Below are positions 1-8,951 of a DNA stretch of 40,186 nucleotides, in pieces. The DNA is from Candidatus Bathyarchaeota archaeon. Its GTDB lineage: Archaea; Thermoproteota; Bathyarchaeia; Bathyarchaeales; Bathyarchaeaceae. Positions within the stretch are counted from its first letter, which is position 1. Each line of letters starts with the position of its first letter. A program made the position numbers and the translations under genes. The stretch covers positions 685,346 through 725,531 of the forward strand of contig CP070749.1 in the NCBI GenBank assembly GCA_020348365.1. The letters are read 5' to 3'. The notes under the pieces are model-generated. The model had not been told where the DNA came from. It was given only the letters and a program-made list of their open reading frames with translations, and did not search any database.

Positions 1-400
1 ATTTCGCTTTTCCCTGTATCTCTAGCGCGTCCCACCCAGAGAATTTCAGGTAGGGACCAAAATATCCGCCAACGTTTGAATCTATCACCAAATCAGTGAG
101 AGGAGAAATCGTCACAACGATACTTTTTCCACTCCCAGGATAGATGGGAATCCCACCCATAGGACCGCATGCTATGCATATCTCATTCTCAGGGTCATCC
201 CAACTGATGACGCGATCTTCTGGCAAAGCGTTCCATAGCAACCAGATATCAAACCCACGACCGCCAATGAAGACGTCTCTCATTTCCTTCGTGACTTGTC
301 TGCTCATGATCTTCTTGTCTGTCAGGTTTATGTAGAGCGTTCTGTTGTTGTACCCTCGATCAACCTTTCCTAGAGAATATTTGAATTCCTCAAGCGCCAA
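1..400 (-). CDS. aor: Aldehyde:ferredoxin oxidoreductase (AOR) family protein, N-terminal fragment; gene runs off the left edge
   Basis: Absent from the ORF track because it has no stop in the window. My minus-strand translation from TTG (400-398) gives LALEEFKYSLGKVDRGYNNRTLYINLTDKKI..FIGGRGFDIWLLW..DPENEICIACGPMGG..SGKSIVVTISPLTD..SNVGGYFGPYLKFSGWDALEIQGKAK. This follows the conserved N-terminal pattern of tungsten AOR enzymes (GGRG, DP..PEN, GP..G, SPLT, GG.FG..LKF.G.DA..I.GKA). An in-frame stop lies just upstream at 409-407. Confidence 0.7.
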   Translation of the reverse strand, partial: MALEEFKYSLGKVDRGYNNRTLYINLTDKKIMSRQVTKEMRDVFIGGRGFDIWLLWNALPEDRVISWDDPENEICIACGPMGGIPIYPGSGKSIVVTISPLTDLVIDSNVGGYFGPYLKFSGWDALEIQGKAK

Positions 401-629
401 TTGAAATCACCATTCTTGAAATGCGTTGCTTATTGAGATTTATACTTTTTCCTCAGTTACCCACTACTCGGTTCATATACGCGATTGGGCGCTACCGGCT
501 ACTCAGAAGGAAAAGACAAGTCGAAAAAGCCATGCGTGCACGTCGCGAAACCCAACGCTTATTTACCCATAGAAAAACTTCAAATAACCAGCAATCATCG
601 TAAAGGCATATCTTGGAGGATGAAAGAGG

Positions 630-2348
630 TTGCGAGTAACTCGAAACTTAAGGGCTGTTTCAACTCTTGTTCTCATTCTATCACATGTCGCCCTGTTGAT
701 ATGTGGAGCGCTTCTCTCCTACATGTGGGTCGTAGGCTACTACGAAAACCTGAAAATCCGAATCCCTGAGAACAGCGACGTGGCGATAACAAACGCAACT
801 TTCCCACCTGAAGACACAAGTGTCTTCAACGTGACGATCTTCAACCCGTCCTATTCCCCCACAGAGGCCGTCATTGAGACAATTGCCGCATTAACTGATG
901 ATGGTCTTATTCACAGCATAAACGCCACCAACCCCTTGCTTCCGTACAGGCTCCCAAAAGGTGCAATCGATTTCTCAGGCCTTCAGACCTTCGAGTGTAG
1001 ATGGGACTGGGCGAACTACACAGGGGAAGAAGTAGGAATAATCGCTTTTCTCAGAGACGGATCGGGTCCGACCCTGAAGACTGAAACGCCACTTGTGGAC
1101 CTGAGAATCGTCGATGTCAACTTCAACCCCGCATTAAGCGTCACGCACTTCAACGTGACAGTTCAAAACCATCTGTCATCCGTCACACATAACGCCACCA
1201 TCGACATCACAGAAGTATCCGTAACTGTGAAAGACGGGATTAAACCAAACATAACCGAGATAAGCCCTTCACTTCCATTGCCACTTGACCCCGGGGAGTC
1301 ACGTAATCTTATGTGCTCGTGGGATTGGACCGGATATCAAAACGCTAGTGTAACAGTCACTGTCTATACCTCACAGGGGTACAAGGATTACATTACCGAA
1401 GTGACGCCATTACCCGTGACTCTGGAGATCACAAAAATCTTCTTCGATGTAACCAACACAACACACGTCAATGTCACCGTCAGGAATGACCAGGTCTCTC
1501 CAACATACGTTAATGTGTCAGCCATCACTATTATAATGGGGAATCTAACGGTTCGAGAATGGACCGTGGATAACGGGACTGCTGTGAATCCTCCTATCCC
1601 CTTCGCGCTCAACAGAAGCTCTTCAGAAACATTTGTGTGTCCGTGGAATTGGACGGAGCATCGAAGCGAGAATGTCACGGTTATTGTATCTACCTTGCAG
1701 GGATTCACGACAAACTACACGCAAGACGCTCCGGCACCGGTAGTACTGGACATCACCAATCTCACATTTGATCCTATCAACACAAGCCAGTTCAATCTTA
1801 CCGTTCGAAATTCGGAATTCTCCCTTGCGGATACTGAAATCACCCATGTGCTTGTGATGATAGAAGATGAGATTGTGGATGACTTGACTGATCCTCTAGG
1901 CCTCCCCATATCGCTTAACCGTACTCACTCGATTGATTTTGTATGCCCATGGGATTGGGAGAGACACGTAGGAGAAGATGCTACGATAGTTGTGGAGACT
2001 GAACAAGGTTACTCCTTTCACTCTGACTCGGTTGCTCTTGTAGCCCTAACAATCACTGGCGCCACCTTCAATCCTATTGCAGAAGACTACTTCAATATCA
2101 CAGTCCAGAATCCTACACTGCTCGACTTCACGCTTGCGACGGTGATGGTTATCGTGGATGGAACTCCTTCAGACTTGACGGCTAATGTGGCCCCAGCCTT
2201 TCCATTCCTGCTTCCTACAGCCACAGGGCACACATTCATCTGCCTGTGGGAGAACTGGACAGATGAGCAGGGACAGGAAATTACAATCACCATAGAAACT
2301 CAGGACGGTTATGACGCCTCTTATACACGCGAGATTCCAGGAGTCTAG
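630..2348 (+). CDS. N-terminally membrane-anchored or secreted surface protein with five ~100-aa tandem repeats, rich in N-glycosylation sequons
   Basis: 572-aa ORF with a TTG start and GGAGG (615-619) 10 nt upstream. A hydrophobic helix spans about aa 9-36. Five repeats each carry F-N-[VIL]-T-[VI]-x-N and C-x-W-[DNE]-(N)-W ... T-[VI]-x-V-x-T-x-x-G-[YF]. The repeat cysteines sit at aa 123, 229, 337, 439 and 538. Confidence 0.8.
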   Translation: MRVTRNLRAVSTLVLILSHVALLICGALLSYMWVVGYYENLKIRIPENSDVAITNATFPPEDTSVFNVTIFNPSYSPTEAVIETIAALTDDGLIHSINATNPLLPYRLPKGAIDFSGLQTFECRWDWANYTGEEVGIIAFLRDGSGPTLKTETPLVDLRIVDVNFNPALSVTHFNVTVQNHLSSVTHNATIDITEVSVTVKDGIKPNITEISPSLPLPLDPGESRNLMCSWDWTGYQNASVTVTVYTSQGYKDYITEVTPLPVTLEITKIFFDVTNTTHVNVTVRNDQVSPTYVNVSAITIIMGNLTVREWTVDNGTAVNPPIPFALNRSSSETFVCPWNWTEHRSENVTVIVSTLQGFTTNYTQDAPAPVVLDITNLTFDPINTSQFNLTVRNSEFSLADTEITHVLVMIEDEIVDDLTDPLGLPISLNRTHSIDFVCPWDWERHVGEDATIVVETEQGYSFHSDSVALVALTITGATFNPIAEDYFNITVQNPTLLDFTLATVMVIVDGTPSDLTANVAPAFPFLLPTATGHTFICLWENWTDEQGQEITITIETQDGYDASYTREIPGV

Positions 2349-2471
2349 TTCTAACTTTTCTCCTGAACTTCAACAGAATATCCCAAAGAAAATCCACGCC
2401 TTGTGACACACAATGATGCGTGCATCTACAATCAGCAATAAACTTTTTAGGACATTAAGCCCTTCATAAGC

Positions 2472-2723
2472 ATGGAGATGAATAGTTTGCCGACTGCGTT
2501 TGTGTTGGTGAATACGGAGATAGGATCTGAGGATGAGGTTTTGAATGCGATTAAGAAGGTTGAGGGTGTACAGGAGGCTCACAACGTTTACGGGGTCTAT
2601 GACATCGTCGCCAAGATCGGGGCTGAGAGCATGGATAAGCTGAAGGAGATCGTGACATGGCACATCCGACGCTTAGATAAGGTTCGATCTACACTGACTA
2701 TGATAGTAATCGAGGAACCTTAA
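2472..2723 (+). CDS. Stand-alone Lrp/AsnC-type ligand-binding (RAM) domain protein
   Basis: 83 aa. The sequence TAFVLVNTEIGSEDEVLNAIKKVEGVQEAHNVYGVYDIVAKI...L..IV...I..L..V..T.T fits the beta-alpha-beta-beta-alpha-beta RAM domain pattern. There is no HTH part. Confidence 0.65.
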   Translation: MEMNSLPTAFVLVNTEIGSEDEVLNAIKKVEGVQEAHNVYGVYDIVAKIGAESMDKLKEIVTWHIRRLDKVRSTLTMIVIEEP

Positions 2724-2809
2724 TCTATCTCCTCCTCTTTTTATGTGCCTTCATCAGTGAACATGATTATTATCAGTCAGCTCTTCCCAAAAGCGGGTGT
2801 TAACCGATA

Positions 2810-4138
2810 ATGCCTAAGATGCACATTGGATTTGATGACACAGACTCCCCCACAACTGGCTGTACGACTTATATAGCGGCGATACTAGTCCAGAAACTTC
2901 AGAAGCTTGGCGCTTCGTTCACTGACTATCCAAATCTTGTTCGGCTCAACCCAAATGTTCCATGGAAGACTCGGGGCAACGGCGCCCTATGTCTTAGAAT
3001 CAAGTGCAAACAGAAATCTGTGGAAGAGATCAAGGAGACTGTCATTGAGGCTATTGAGGAGAATTCAGATCTCGGCTATGAAGGCACTGATCCAGGCGTA
3101 GTCTTCCTCTTCAATCGCGTTCCAGAGCAGATCAAAGCCTTCGCAAAGAAGACCATACAGGGTATGGTGAAGATGAGAACTGCTCTAAGGTTTGTTGATA
3201 AATTCGATGCTGAGGCCGTAGCTTTTAAGAAAGGAAGGGGCATCATCGGAGGTTTGGCTGCGATAGGAGAAACTCTTGAAGGAGACCATACTTACGAGCT
3301 CATCACATACCGAGCGCTAGAGAACCGAGGTACTCCCCGCAGAATAGAAAAGTCCTCAGTTGTTGAAATGAACGAGAAGACCCAACCATTAACATTCAAC
3401 AACGTAGACCCAGAGACAAGGCGAACACTCATAACCCCCCGCGGTCCAGATCCCATACTATATGGAATCCGAGGGGAAAATCCAAAAGCCACTATAAGAG
3501 CCCACAAGATCGTTCGTTCAGATGAGCCAATTGAGAGATGGGTTATCTTTCGGACAAACCATGGAACCGACGCTCATCTACGGAGAATCAGCTCGATAGC
3601 TCAAGTGAAACCTTTCACCCCCTTGATTGCCAATGGAGTAGTGGCAGAAGGTCCAAAGGTAATCACGGGAGGACACGTGATATTTATGCTTCGAGACAGA
3701 ACCGGGAAGGTGGATTGTGCAGCCTACAGACCGACAGGCATACTTCAGGTAGTCGCGAGAAAGCTAATGAAAGGAGACCTTGTCGAAGCCTACGGTGGTA
3801 TTCGACCCGCTTCATTGAAGCATCAGATGACCATTAACTTGGAGAAATTGCGAATTATAGAGCAAACTCCAAGGGTTGTTCTTCACAATCCAAAGTGTCT
3901 TAGATGTCGAAAGCGAATGAAGTCTATGGGTTCCAAGAAGGGCTTCAGGTGTGAAAATTGTGGCTTTCGATCATCGAGACTGGAGAAGGTGAGCGTTGAA
4001 TGGAGCCAGAGTCTTGAGACGGGACTCTATATAGCTTCGCCACGATCACAGAGGCACCTAACTAAGCCTCAATGCCGGTATGGTAGAGAGAATTCAAACA
4101 CACCCAAGAAGATGATTAGAGAATGGCACTTTCCATGA
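2810..4138 (+). CDS. tiaS: tRNA(Ile2) 2-agmatinylcytidine synthetase TiaS
   Basis: The N-terminal MHIGFDDTDSPTTGCTTY signature is typical of TiaS. Size is about 440 aa. A C-terminal Cys-rich zinc ribbon is present (CLRCRKRM...CENCG). The start could be 2810 or the ATG at 2819. Confidence 0.85.
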   Translation: MPKMHIGFDDTDSPTTGCTTYIAAILVQKLQKLGASFTDYPNLVRLNPNVPWKTRGNGALCLRIKCKQKSVEEIKETVIEAIEENSDLGYEGTDPGVVFLFNRVPEQIKAFAKKTIQGMVKMRTALRFVDKFDAEAVAFKKGRGIIGGLAAIGETLEGDHTYELITYRALENRGTPRRIEKSSVVEMNEKTQPLTFNNVDPETRRTLITPRGPDPILYGIRGENPKATIRAHKIVRSDEPIERWVIFRTNHGTDAHLRRISSIAQVKPFTPLIANGVVAEGPKVITGGHVIFMLRDRTGKVDCAAYRPTGILQVVARKLMKGDLVEAYGGIRPASLKHQMTINLEKLRIIEQTPRVVLHNPKCLRCRKRMKSMGSKKGFRCENCGFRSSRLEKVSVEWSQSLETGLYIASPRSQRHLTKPQCRYGRENSNTPKKMIREWHFP

Positions 4139-4299
4139 ATGGATCTAGGCTTCTTTAAGTGTCTGAATATATTGCAGGGTATGTACGTTCAAGACAGGGG
4201 ATTCGAGATTAACGGCACTTTGGAACCTGTATGCATGCACTTCACCGCTCATGTTAAAAAGGGGACAAAGATACTTTCAGTGTGAGAAGCTGAAGAGAG

Positions 4300-5106
4300 A
4301 TGAACTGGTTACCAATCCTCAAAGGATGTGCCAAAAGGATAAGAGAGAAGGTTCTCCCTCTCATAGCAAAACCGGAAGCTGCCAAGACCTATGGCAAGGG
4401 GGCTGGTGGGGACAAAATGAAAGAAATCGACCTAATCGCTGAGAAAGCCATAATTGAAATCTTGGATAAGAACAAGGCATCATGCACCCTCATCAGTGAA
4501 GAGGCGGGGACTGTGAGAATCGGCAGGGACCATTCCGAGTACTATCTCACAACAGACCCGATAGATGGCACAACAAATGCAATCCGCGGATTGCCCTTTG
4601 TAGCCACATCCCTAGCAACATCGAAAGCAAGAAATATCAATAGCGTAGACACGGCGCTGGTGTCCGACATACTCCGCAACATCACATACACTGCAACACG
4701 CGGCCAAGGCGCGTATCGAAACAACCAGAAAATCAAACCCTCCACAGAATCCTCACTGAAGGAAGCAGTTATTGGCATAGACTTGGGCACACCTAAGAAG
4801 GAAGAACTCGCAGCGCCATTCATGGGTATACTCCAGAAAGCGAGGCATATCCGCCATCTAGGAGCCAACGCACTCGAAATCTGTTATGTGGCTGACGGTA
4901 CAATGGACGCCTTCATCGACATGAGAGGTAAACTACGAGTCACAGACGCAGCTGCAAGTTACCTCATCCTACTTGAAGCAGGTGGAACAATGACTACACC
5001 AGAGGGAAAAGAACTTTATGCCCCATTAACGCCTAGCCAAACAGTTTCATTCATAGCTGCAAGCAACAAACATCTCCATGGAGTCATCAGAAAAAGTTCA
5101 GTCTAG
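4300..5106 (+). CDS. suhB: Inositol monophosphatase / fructose-1,6-bisphosphatase family protein (SuhB-like)
   Basis: Carries the IMPase family motifs EE...DPIDGTTNA and a C-terminal G..DA-type segment. Length is 268 aa. Confidence 0.8.
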   Translation: MNWLPILKGCAKRIREKVLPLIAKPEAAKTYGKGAGGDKMKEIDLIAEKAIIEILDKNKASCTLISEEAGTVRIGRDHSEYYLTTDPIDGTTNAIRGLPFVATSLATSKARNINSVDTALVSDILRNITYTATRGQGAYRNNQKIKPSTESSLKEAVIGIDLGTPKKEELAAPFMGILQKARHIRHLGANALEICYVADGTMDAFIDMRGKLRVTDAAASYLILLEAGGTMTTPEGKELYAPLTPSQTVSFIAASNKHLHGVIRKSSV

Positions 5107-5200
5107 AGATTTTTGAGTTATACCCTACACGTATATAGAGTTCATTGTGATGATCATCCTTTCCACACAGATATAACTGAGTGCCCGTATAGAGGGCAGA

Positions 5201-6052
5201 GTGCTCCAGTTGAAGCCGATAAGATCATTCCCTGCCATACTTTTACAAGGGGAAGCTAAGCGTATTCTTGTGGTGGCTGACCTCCACATCGGCTGGGAAG
5301 CAACGCTGATAGAGAAGGGGATTCACCTTCCATCTCAGACGCCAAAAATCCTAGCCAAAATGTTAAGACTCATCAAATTAGTTAGACCAACCAACCTTGT
5401 CTTTCTCGGTGACGTGAAACATGCAATCGCAAGAGTCAAGAGGGAGGAATGGCGTGATATTCCAAAGCTTTTTGAAACTCTATGCGAAAAAGTCCCGAAC
5501 ATCCAAGTCATACTAGGAAATCATGATGGAAATCTTGAGGCGCTCCTGCCGCAGGACGTGGAGATACTGCCTGCAAAGGGAACTGCTATCGGGAAAGTTG
5601 GGCTTTTTCATGGACATGCCTGGCCTGCTCCAGAACTCCTGCAGTGCCGAACCCTAATCACAGGTCATATTCATCCAATGGTTGCTTTCCGTGATCCCTT
5701 GGGTTTTCGAATAACGAGGCAGGTGTGGGTTAGGGCGCCATGTCAGAAAGCTCAACTAGCGAGGTCGCTTCTCAAACATCTAGACATAAAATCCGACAAG
5801 GACTCGGTTGCTCATTTGGAAAGACGCTTTAACATTAGAACTGAGGCAACGCATTTTTTCATTATGCCCTCTTTCAACCATTTTCTAGGAGGGCAAACCG
5901 TCAACAAGAAACGCATGGGAAAGTATGGGAGGACAAGAGGATTCATTGGTCCAATCTTGCGCTCAAAAAGTGTCAATATTGATAGTGCTGAGTTGTTTCT
6001 TCTTGATGGAACTTTCATAGGGACAGTCGAACAGTTGAGAAGGCTTACATGA
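5201..6052 (+). CDS. Calcineurin-like metallophosphoesterase (ICC-like, COG1407-type)
   Basis: Metallophosphoesterase motif series: VVADLHIG, FLGDVKH, GNHD, GH.W, GHIHP. GTG start. Confidence 0.7.
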   Translation: MLQLKPIRSFPAILLQGEAKRILVVADLHIGWEATLIEKGIHLPSQTPKILAKMLRLIKLVRPTNLVFLGDVKHAIARVKREEWRDIPKLFETLCEKVPNIQVILGNHDGNLEALLPQDVEILPAKGTAIGKVGLFHGHAWPAPELLQCRTLITGHIHPMVAFRDPLGFRITRQVWVRAPCQKAQLARSLLKHLDIKSDKDSVAHLERRFNIRTEATHFFIMPSFNHFLGGQTVNKKRMGKYGRTRGFIGPILRSKSVNIDSAELFLLDGTFIGTVEQLRRLT

Positions 6053-6122
6053 AGGCTTCACCTTGAAGGAGCGCGTATACTGAAGCAAACACGTTGGCAT
6101 ACATGCTTTGAACGCATAAGGT

Positions 6123-6464
6123 TTAGCTATACTCTCTGAAGGTGTAGTTACACTTGGTGCACCTGAAAAACTGTGTTGAAGACTCGTCTGTTCCTCTGGT
6201 CTGAACTTGCCATACATACGTCTTCATATTTCCACATTTGGGACACTCAGTCTTAACCGTGGGCAATGTCCTCAGCTTCTGTTCCTCCTTTCCGATTACG
6301 GCAATACGCTCTTGGGGTTCATGTTCAATAATCGTGGGTACAGGCGCCGGAGCCGCAGGCTTCTTATGGCCACATTTCGGACACGAAAGAACCAAGGTAG
6401 TCTTGCCCTTCCTCGTTTTCTTAGCTGGAGTCAGCCTTGTTCCACATTTTGGACAGAACTCCAT
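6123..6464 (-). CDS. tfs: Transcription factor S (TFS; TFIIS / RNAP subunit M-like)
   Basis: 113 aa. N-terminal zinc ribbon FCPKCG...CPKCG. C-terminal TFIIS-type ribbon CPKCGN....WQ.QTR..DE..T.F..C..C. Confidence 0.85.
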   Translation of the reverse strand: MEFCPKCGTRLTPAKKTRKGKTTLVLSCPKCGHKKPAAPAPVPTIIEHEPQERIAVIGKEEQKLRTLPTVKTECPKCGNMKTYVWQVQTRGTDESSTQFFRCTKCNYTFREYS

Positions 6465-6504
6465 GACATCACCTGTCGTTCTCTCTCCGATAATCTCGAT
6501 GCAT

Positions 6505-7113
6505 TTAAATCTTTTCTTTGGACCTGGAAAGGCCTGAGGCTATTATGTGAGCCACTCTCAGTGCTTCAGGAATATTGCTCCTGGTGGATGTATTCTTCAG
6601 AATTCTCGTTGCAGTGTCCCTTGGCATTCCTACGATTTGCGCATGGATGGATTCTTCTACATTTCGCGTCTGCACCTCGATCGCCTTTCCAGCGTTCTCT
6701 ATGGCTTTCCATCGTTTTCCAGATTCGGGCAGATTCTTGAGGGCTCTTTTAATTCTCTCGAAGTCCGGTTTCTCCCGTGAAACTGCCATGACTGGTAGTT
6801 CAATTCTTTCCAGAAGCTCCTTCAAATCGACTACGTTGAAGCCTCCAAAGGTAACTCCGTTTAGGAACACAACTTGGAGTTGATCGTAGTGGGGCGAGTT
6901 TAGGATCATCGAGGCTATTTTCTCCGTCGCGTCAACCCCGTCGATTTCTACTTCAGTTTGCATGACTCCATCAAGCCAATATCCACCCCTGAAAACAACC
7001 CCGACAACGTCCACGACTCCCTTGGTGTGAGGCTCAAAGAATCCGTCATCTACGCCCAGAATCCTAATTTCAGGCTTCACAGACCGAATCCTCACAAGTT
7101 TCTTCTTCCTCAT
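6505..7113 (-). CDS. DUF99 / UPF0215 family protein
   Basis: VKPEIRILGVDDGFF near the N-terminus is the hallmark of archaeal UPF0215 (DUF99). I prefer the ATG at 7113 (MRKKKLVRIR...) over the TTG at 7125 used by the track. Confidence 0.65.
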   Translation of the reverse strand: MRKKKLVRIRSVKPEIRILGVDDGFFEPHTKGVVDVVGVVFRGGYWLDGVMQTEVEIDGVDATEKIASMILNSPHYDQLQVVFLNGVTFGGFNVVDLKELLERIELPVMAVSREKPDFERIKRALKNLPESGKRWKAIENAGKAIEVQTRNVEESIHAQIVGMPRDTATRILKNTSTRSNIPEALRVAHIIASGLSRSKEKI

Positions 7114-7206
7114 CTGCGGCACCAATCATCGTCCAAGAGACGGTTCAAGACCATAATTAAGCTTTTCAGATACGCCTTAAACGTAATGAATAAGAGAAGA
7201 TGAAAG

Positions 7207-7590
7207 GTGAAGACTGTGTTAGATTTCATATCAGAATACGAAACTCTTCACGAAGTTTTGGCAGATCATAAACTTGCCGCCCTTGGAGATGCATATGTGA
7301 ACTTCCTCTTCTCCATAGCCGAGTCAAAGAAGAATCGTGAGCCAGTAGGCGCTAGAGTTGACAACAACTTGCTAGCTTTGGCTCTCAGAAAATCAGGGCT
7401 GAGGAAGCTTCTGCCGTCAAGAACCAACCGTCACGAACAGGCAGACGCCGTAGAGGCTCTAATCGTATATGCTTGGATACGAAATGTTATGACAATCGAG
7501 GAGGGAGTCAACATCTTAGAACAGGATAGAGACGTAGCTGAAGCCTTCTGCTCCCTCATCCTCACAGCCAAAGAGAAACTTAGCTTATAA
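7207..7590 (+). CDS. RNase III-domain protein (mini-RNase III-like)
   Basis: 127 aa. LAALGDAYVNF resembles the RNase III signature (..LGDA...), and a second acidic helix ADAVEALIVYAW is present. GTG start. Motif-level call only. Confidence 0.45.
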   Translation: MKTVLDFISEYETLHEVLADHKLAALGDAYVNFLFSIAESKKNREPVGARVDNNLLALALRKSGLRKLLPSRTNRHEQADAVEALIVYAWIRNVMTIEEGVNILEQDRDVAEAFCSLILTAKEKLSL

Positions 7591-7595
7591 GACCG

Positions 7596-7901
7596 TCAAC
7601 GATTGTTAGCCGTCTTGTCATATTCCTTAAATGCCTTCTCCAAGGTACTCTTCAATTCGGTGCTTCTCTTCTGCAATTTCTTGGCTGCTTCACGCATCGC
7701 AGTTTCTGGTCTCCGCCTTCCCTTAGTGCGCACGTAGACGATGGCTTTCGTCAATAGGGGGTGAGGTACAGTGTATCCCGCCATTTCAACAGTCTCCTCT
7801 TCTAGCAGAACCTTCTGTAGCATATTACAGAAAGTGTGCCCTTCCCCTGTGATTTCTATTCGCAACTCGTTGGATCCCCTTCGCAGGAATTTGATCTTCA
7901 T
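7596..7901 (-). CDS. rpoL: DNA-directed RNA polymerase subunit L (Rpo11)
   Basis: 101 aa. L.IEI.GEGHTF.N.L...L.....V..A.Y...HPL matches the RpoL/Rpb11 pattern. It lies next to csl4, as in many archaea. Confidence 0.8.
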   Translation of the reverse strand: MKIKFLRRGSNELRIEITGEGHTFCNMLQKVLLEEETVEMAGYTVPHPLLTKAIVYVRTKGRRRPETAMREAAKKLQKRSTELKSTLEKAFKEYDKTANNR

Positions 7902-7911
7902 AGGGCCCCCT

Positions 7912-8487
7912 CTAAATAATCACGCTTCCATAATCTTGAGCAACTTTCCGCATCTCAACATTCGCACACTTAGGGCACCACATGTCTTCCCTTCTCAACT
8001 GCAGGAGATGACCACAGCGCGAACAGAAGGCGTAGATAACCCCTAAGCTTTTGTCTTCAGTCGACAGGTGATTTGTTCTATTTAGGCAAGAAACGACCTT
8101 AGCTCTCATGAGGTCGCCTGATTTACAGACGCTATACATGGTTTCGATGTAGGTTGAGCTTACATCGGAGACGTGTAGAATGCCAGTGAAGAAGCCCGAG
8201 AGCTGTCTCTTTCCAATGATTAGGATGCGTAACCCAGCATTTTTGTTCCGCACATCGGAAACCTCACCGATGACGGTGCTTCCTATTCTGGGGGTATTCA
8301 CGGCGTGAACCAGTGGGTATACTGAAGCCTTCTTATTCAGCATATCAAGGAGAGCGCGCCCCGTCGTCTTGGAGTATATGGTTCCATGTTCCACAAATGT
8401 TCCTGGGCCAGCCATAAACTCCTCGATGACTCCTAGACGCTTCCCAGGAACAACGAATTGTCCACTTTTCCTATCAGATGAACTCAC
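7912..8487 (-). CDS. csl4: Exosome complex RNA-binding subunit Csl4
   Basis: N-terminal VVPG..LG..EE...G.GT, a central S1-like segment, and a C-terminal zinc ribbon (CSRCGHLL...WCPKC). Confidence 0.8.
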   Translation of the reverse strand: MSSSDRKSGQFVVPGKRLGVIEEFMAGPGTFVEHGTIYSKTTGRALLDMLNKKASVYPLVHAVNTPRIGSTVIGEVSDVRNKNAGLRILIIGKRQLSGFFTGILHVSDVSSTYIETMYSVCKSGDLMRAKVVSCLNRTNHLSTEDKSLGVIYAFCSRCGHLLQLRREDMWCPKCANVEMRKVAQDYGSVII

Positions 8488-8651
8488 AAACTCGCCCTCG
8501 TGGTTATTTAAGAATCAACCCTTACTCTACGCTTCCTCTTCGTGTGGAACTCCAGGGGTTGCGGGAAATCAACTTTCATAAGGAATATCCCTTAACCTTT
8601 CCCCCCATGCCCCTCAATAAACCTTTTGTTTAATGAGTTACGAGACGAGGT

Positions 8652-8870
8652 TTATGCGGTTTGCATTATTTGTCGGCTGTTGAGTAGTTCCTTCTTAATC
8701 ATTTCTTCTAATGTGTCACTCAAAGCTTTTGTTAGGTCTTCTATTGCACATATTCCCAATCGATATTCAGATTTCACAAGCGATATGATGCTCATCACAG
8801 CATCCACCACGCAAAGGAGGATATCCCATGGAATATTTCGTCTGGCTAAAGACAAATCCAGCGAAGACAA
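8652..8870 (-). CDS. Hypothetical small protein (doubtful)
   Basis: This is the only minus-strand ORF in the 460-bp gap between the methyltransferase and csl4. It has a TTG start (or an internal ATG giving 47 aa). No motif was recognised and an opposite-strand ORF of similar size overlaps it. Confidence 0.2.
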   Translation of the reverse strand: MSSLDLSLARRNIPWDILLCVVDAVMSIISLVKSEYRLGICAIEDLTKALSDTLEEMIKKELLNSRQIMQTA

Positions 8871-8951
8871 ATGATACCTTGAAGTGGCTTAGGAACCTGC
8901 CAGAGAAGCCTTACAACGGCGTACACCTATACTATATGCGCGCGCAGGCAT

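Noticed and set aside
144-335. 63-aa plus-strand ORF
   Set aside because: It is antisense to the AOR N-terminal fragment, which has clear family motifs on the minus strand.
6207-6740. 177-aa plus-strand ORF, and the ORFs at 6238-6537, 6547-6780 and 6575-6883
   Set aside because: They are antisense to the well-supported tfs and DUF99 genes and have no motifs.
8767-8798. GUGAUGA ... CUGA on the minus strand as a possible C/D sRNA
   Set aside because: Only 21 nt separate the boxes. No D'/C' pair or terminal stem is present, so the spacing is incompatible with the 12-nt guide rule.
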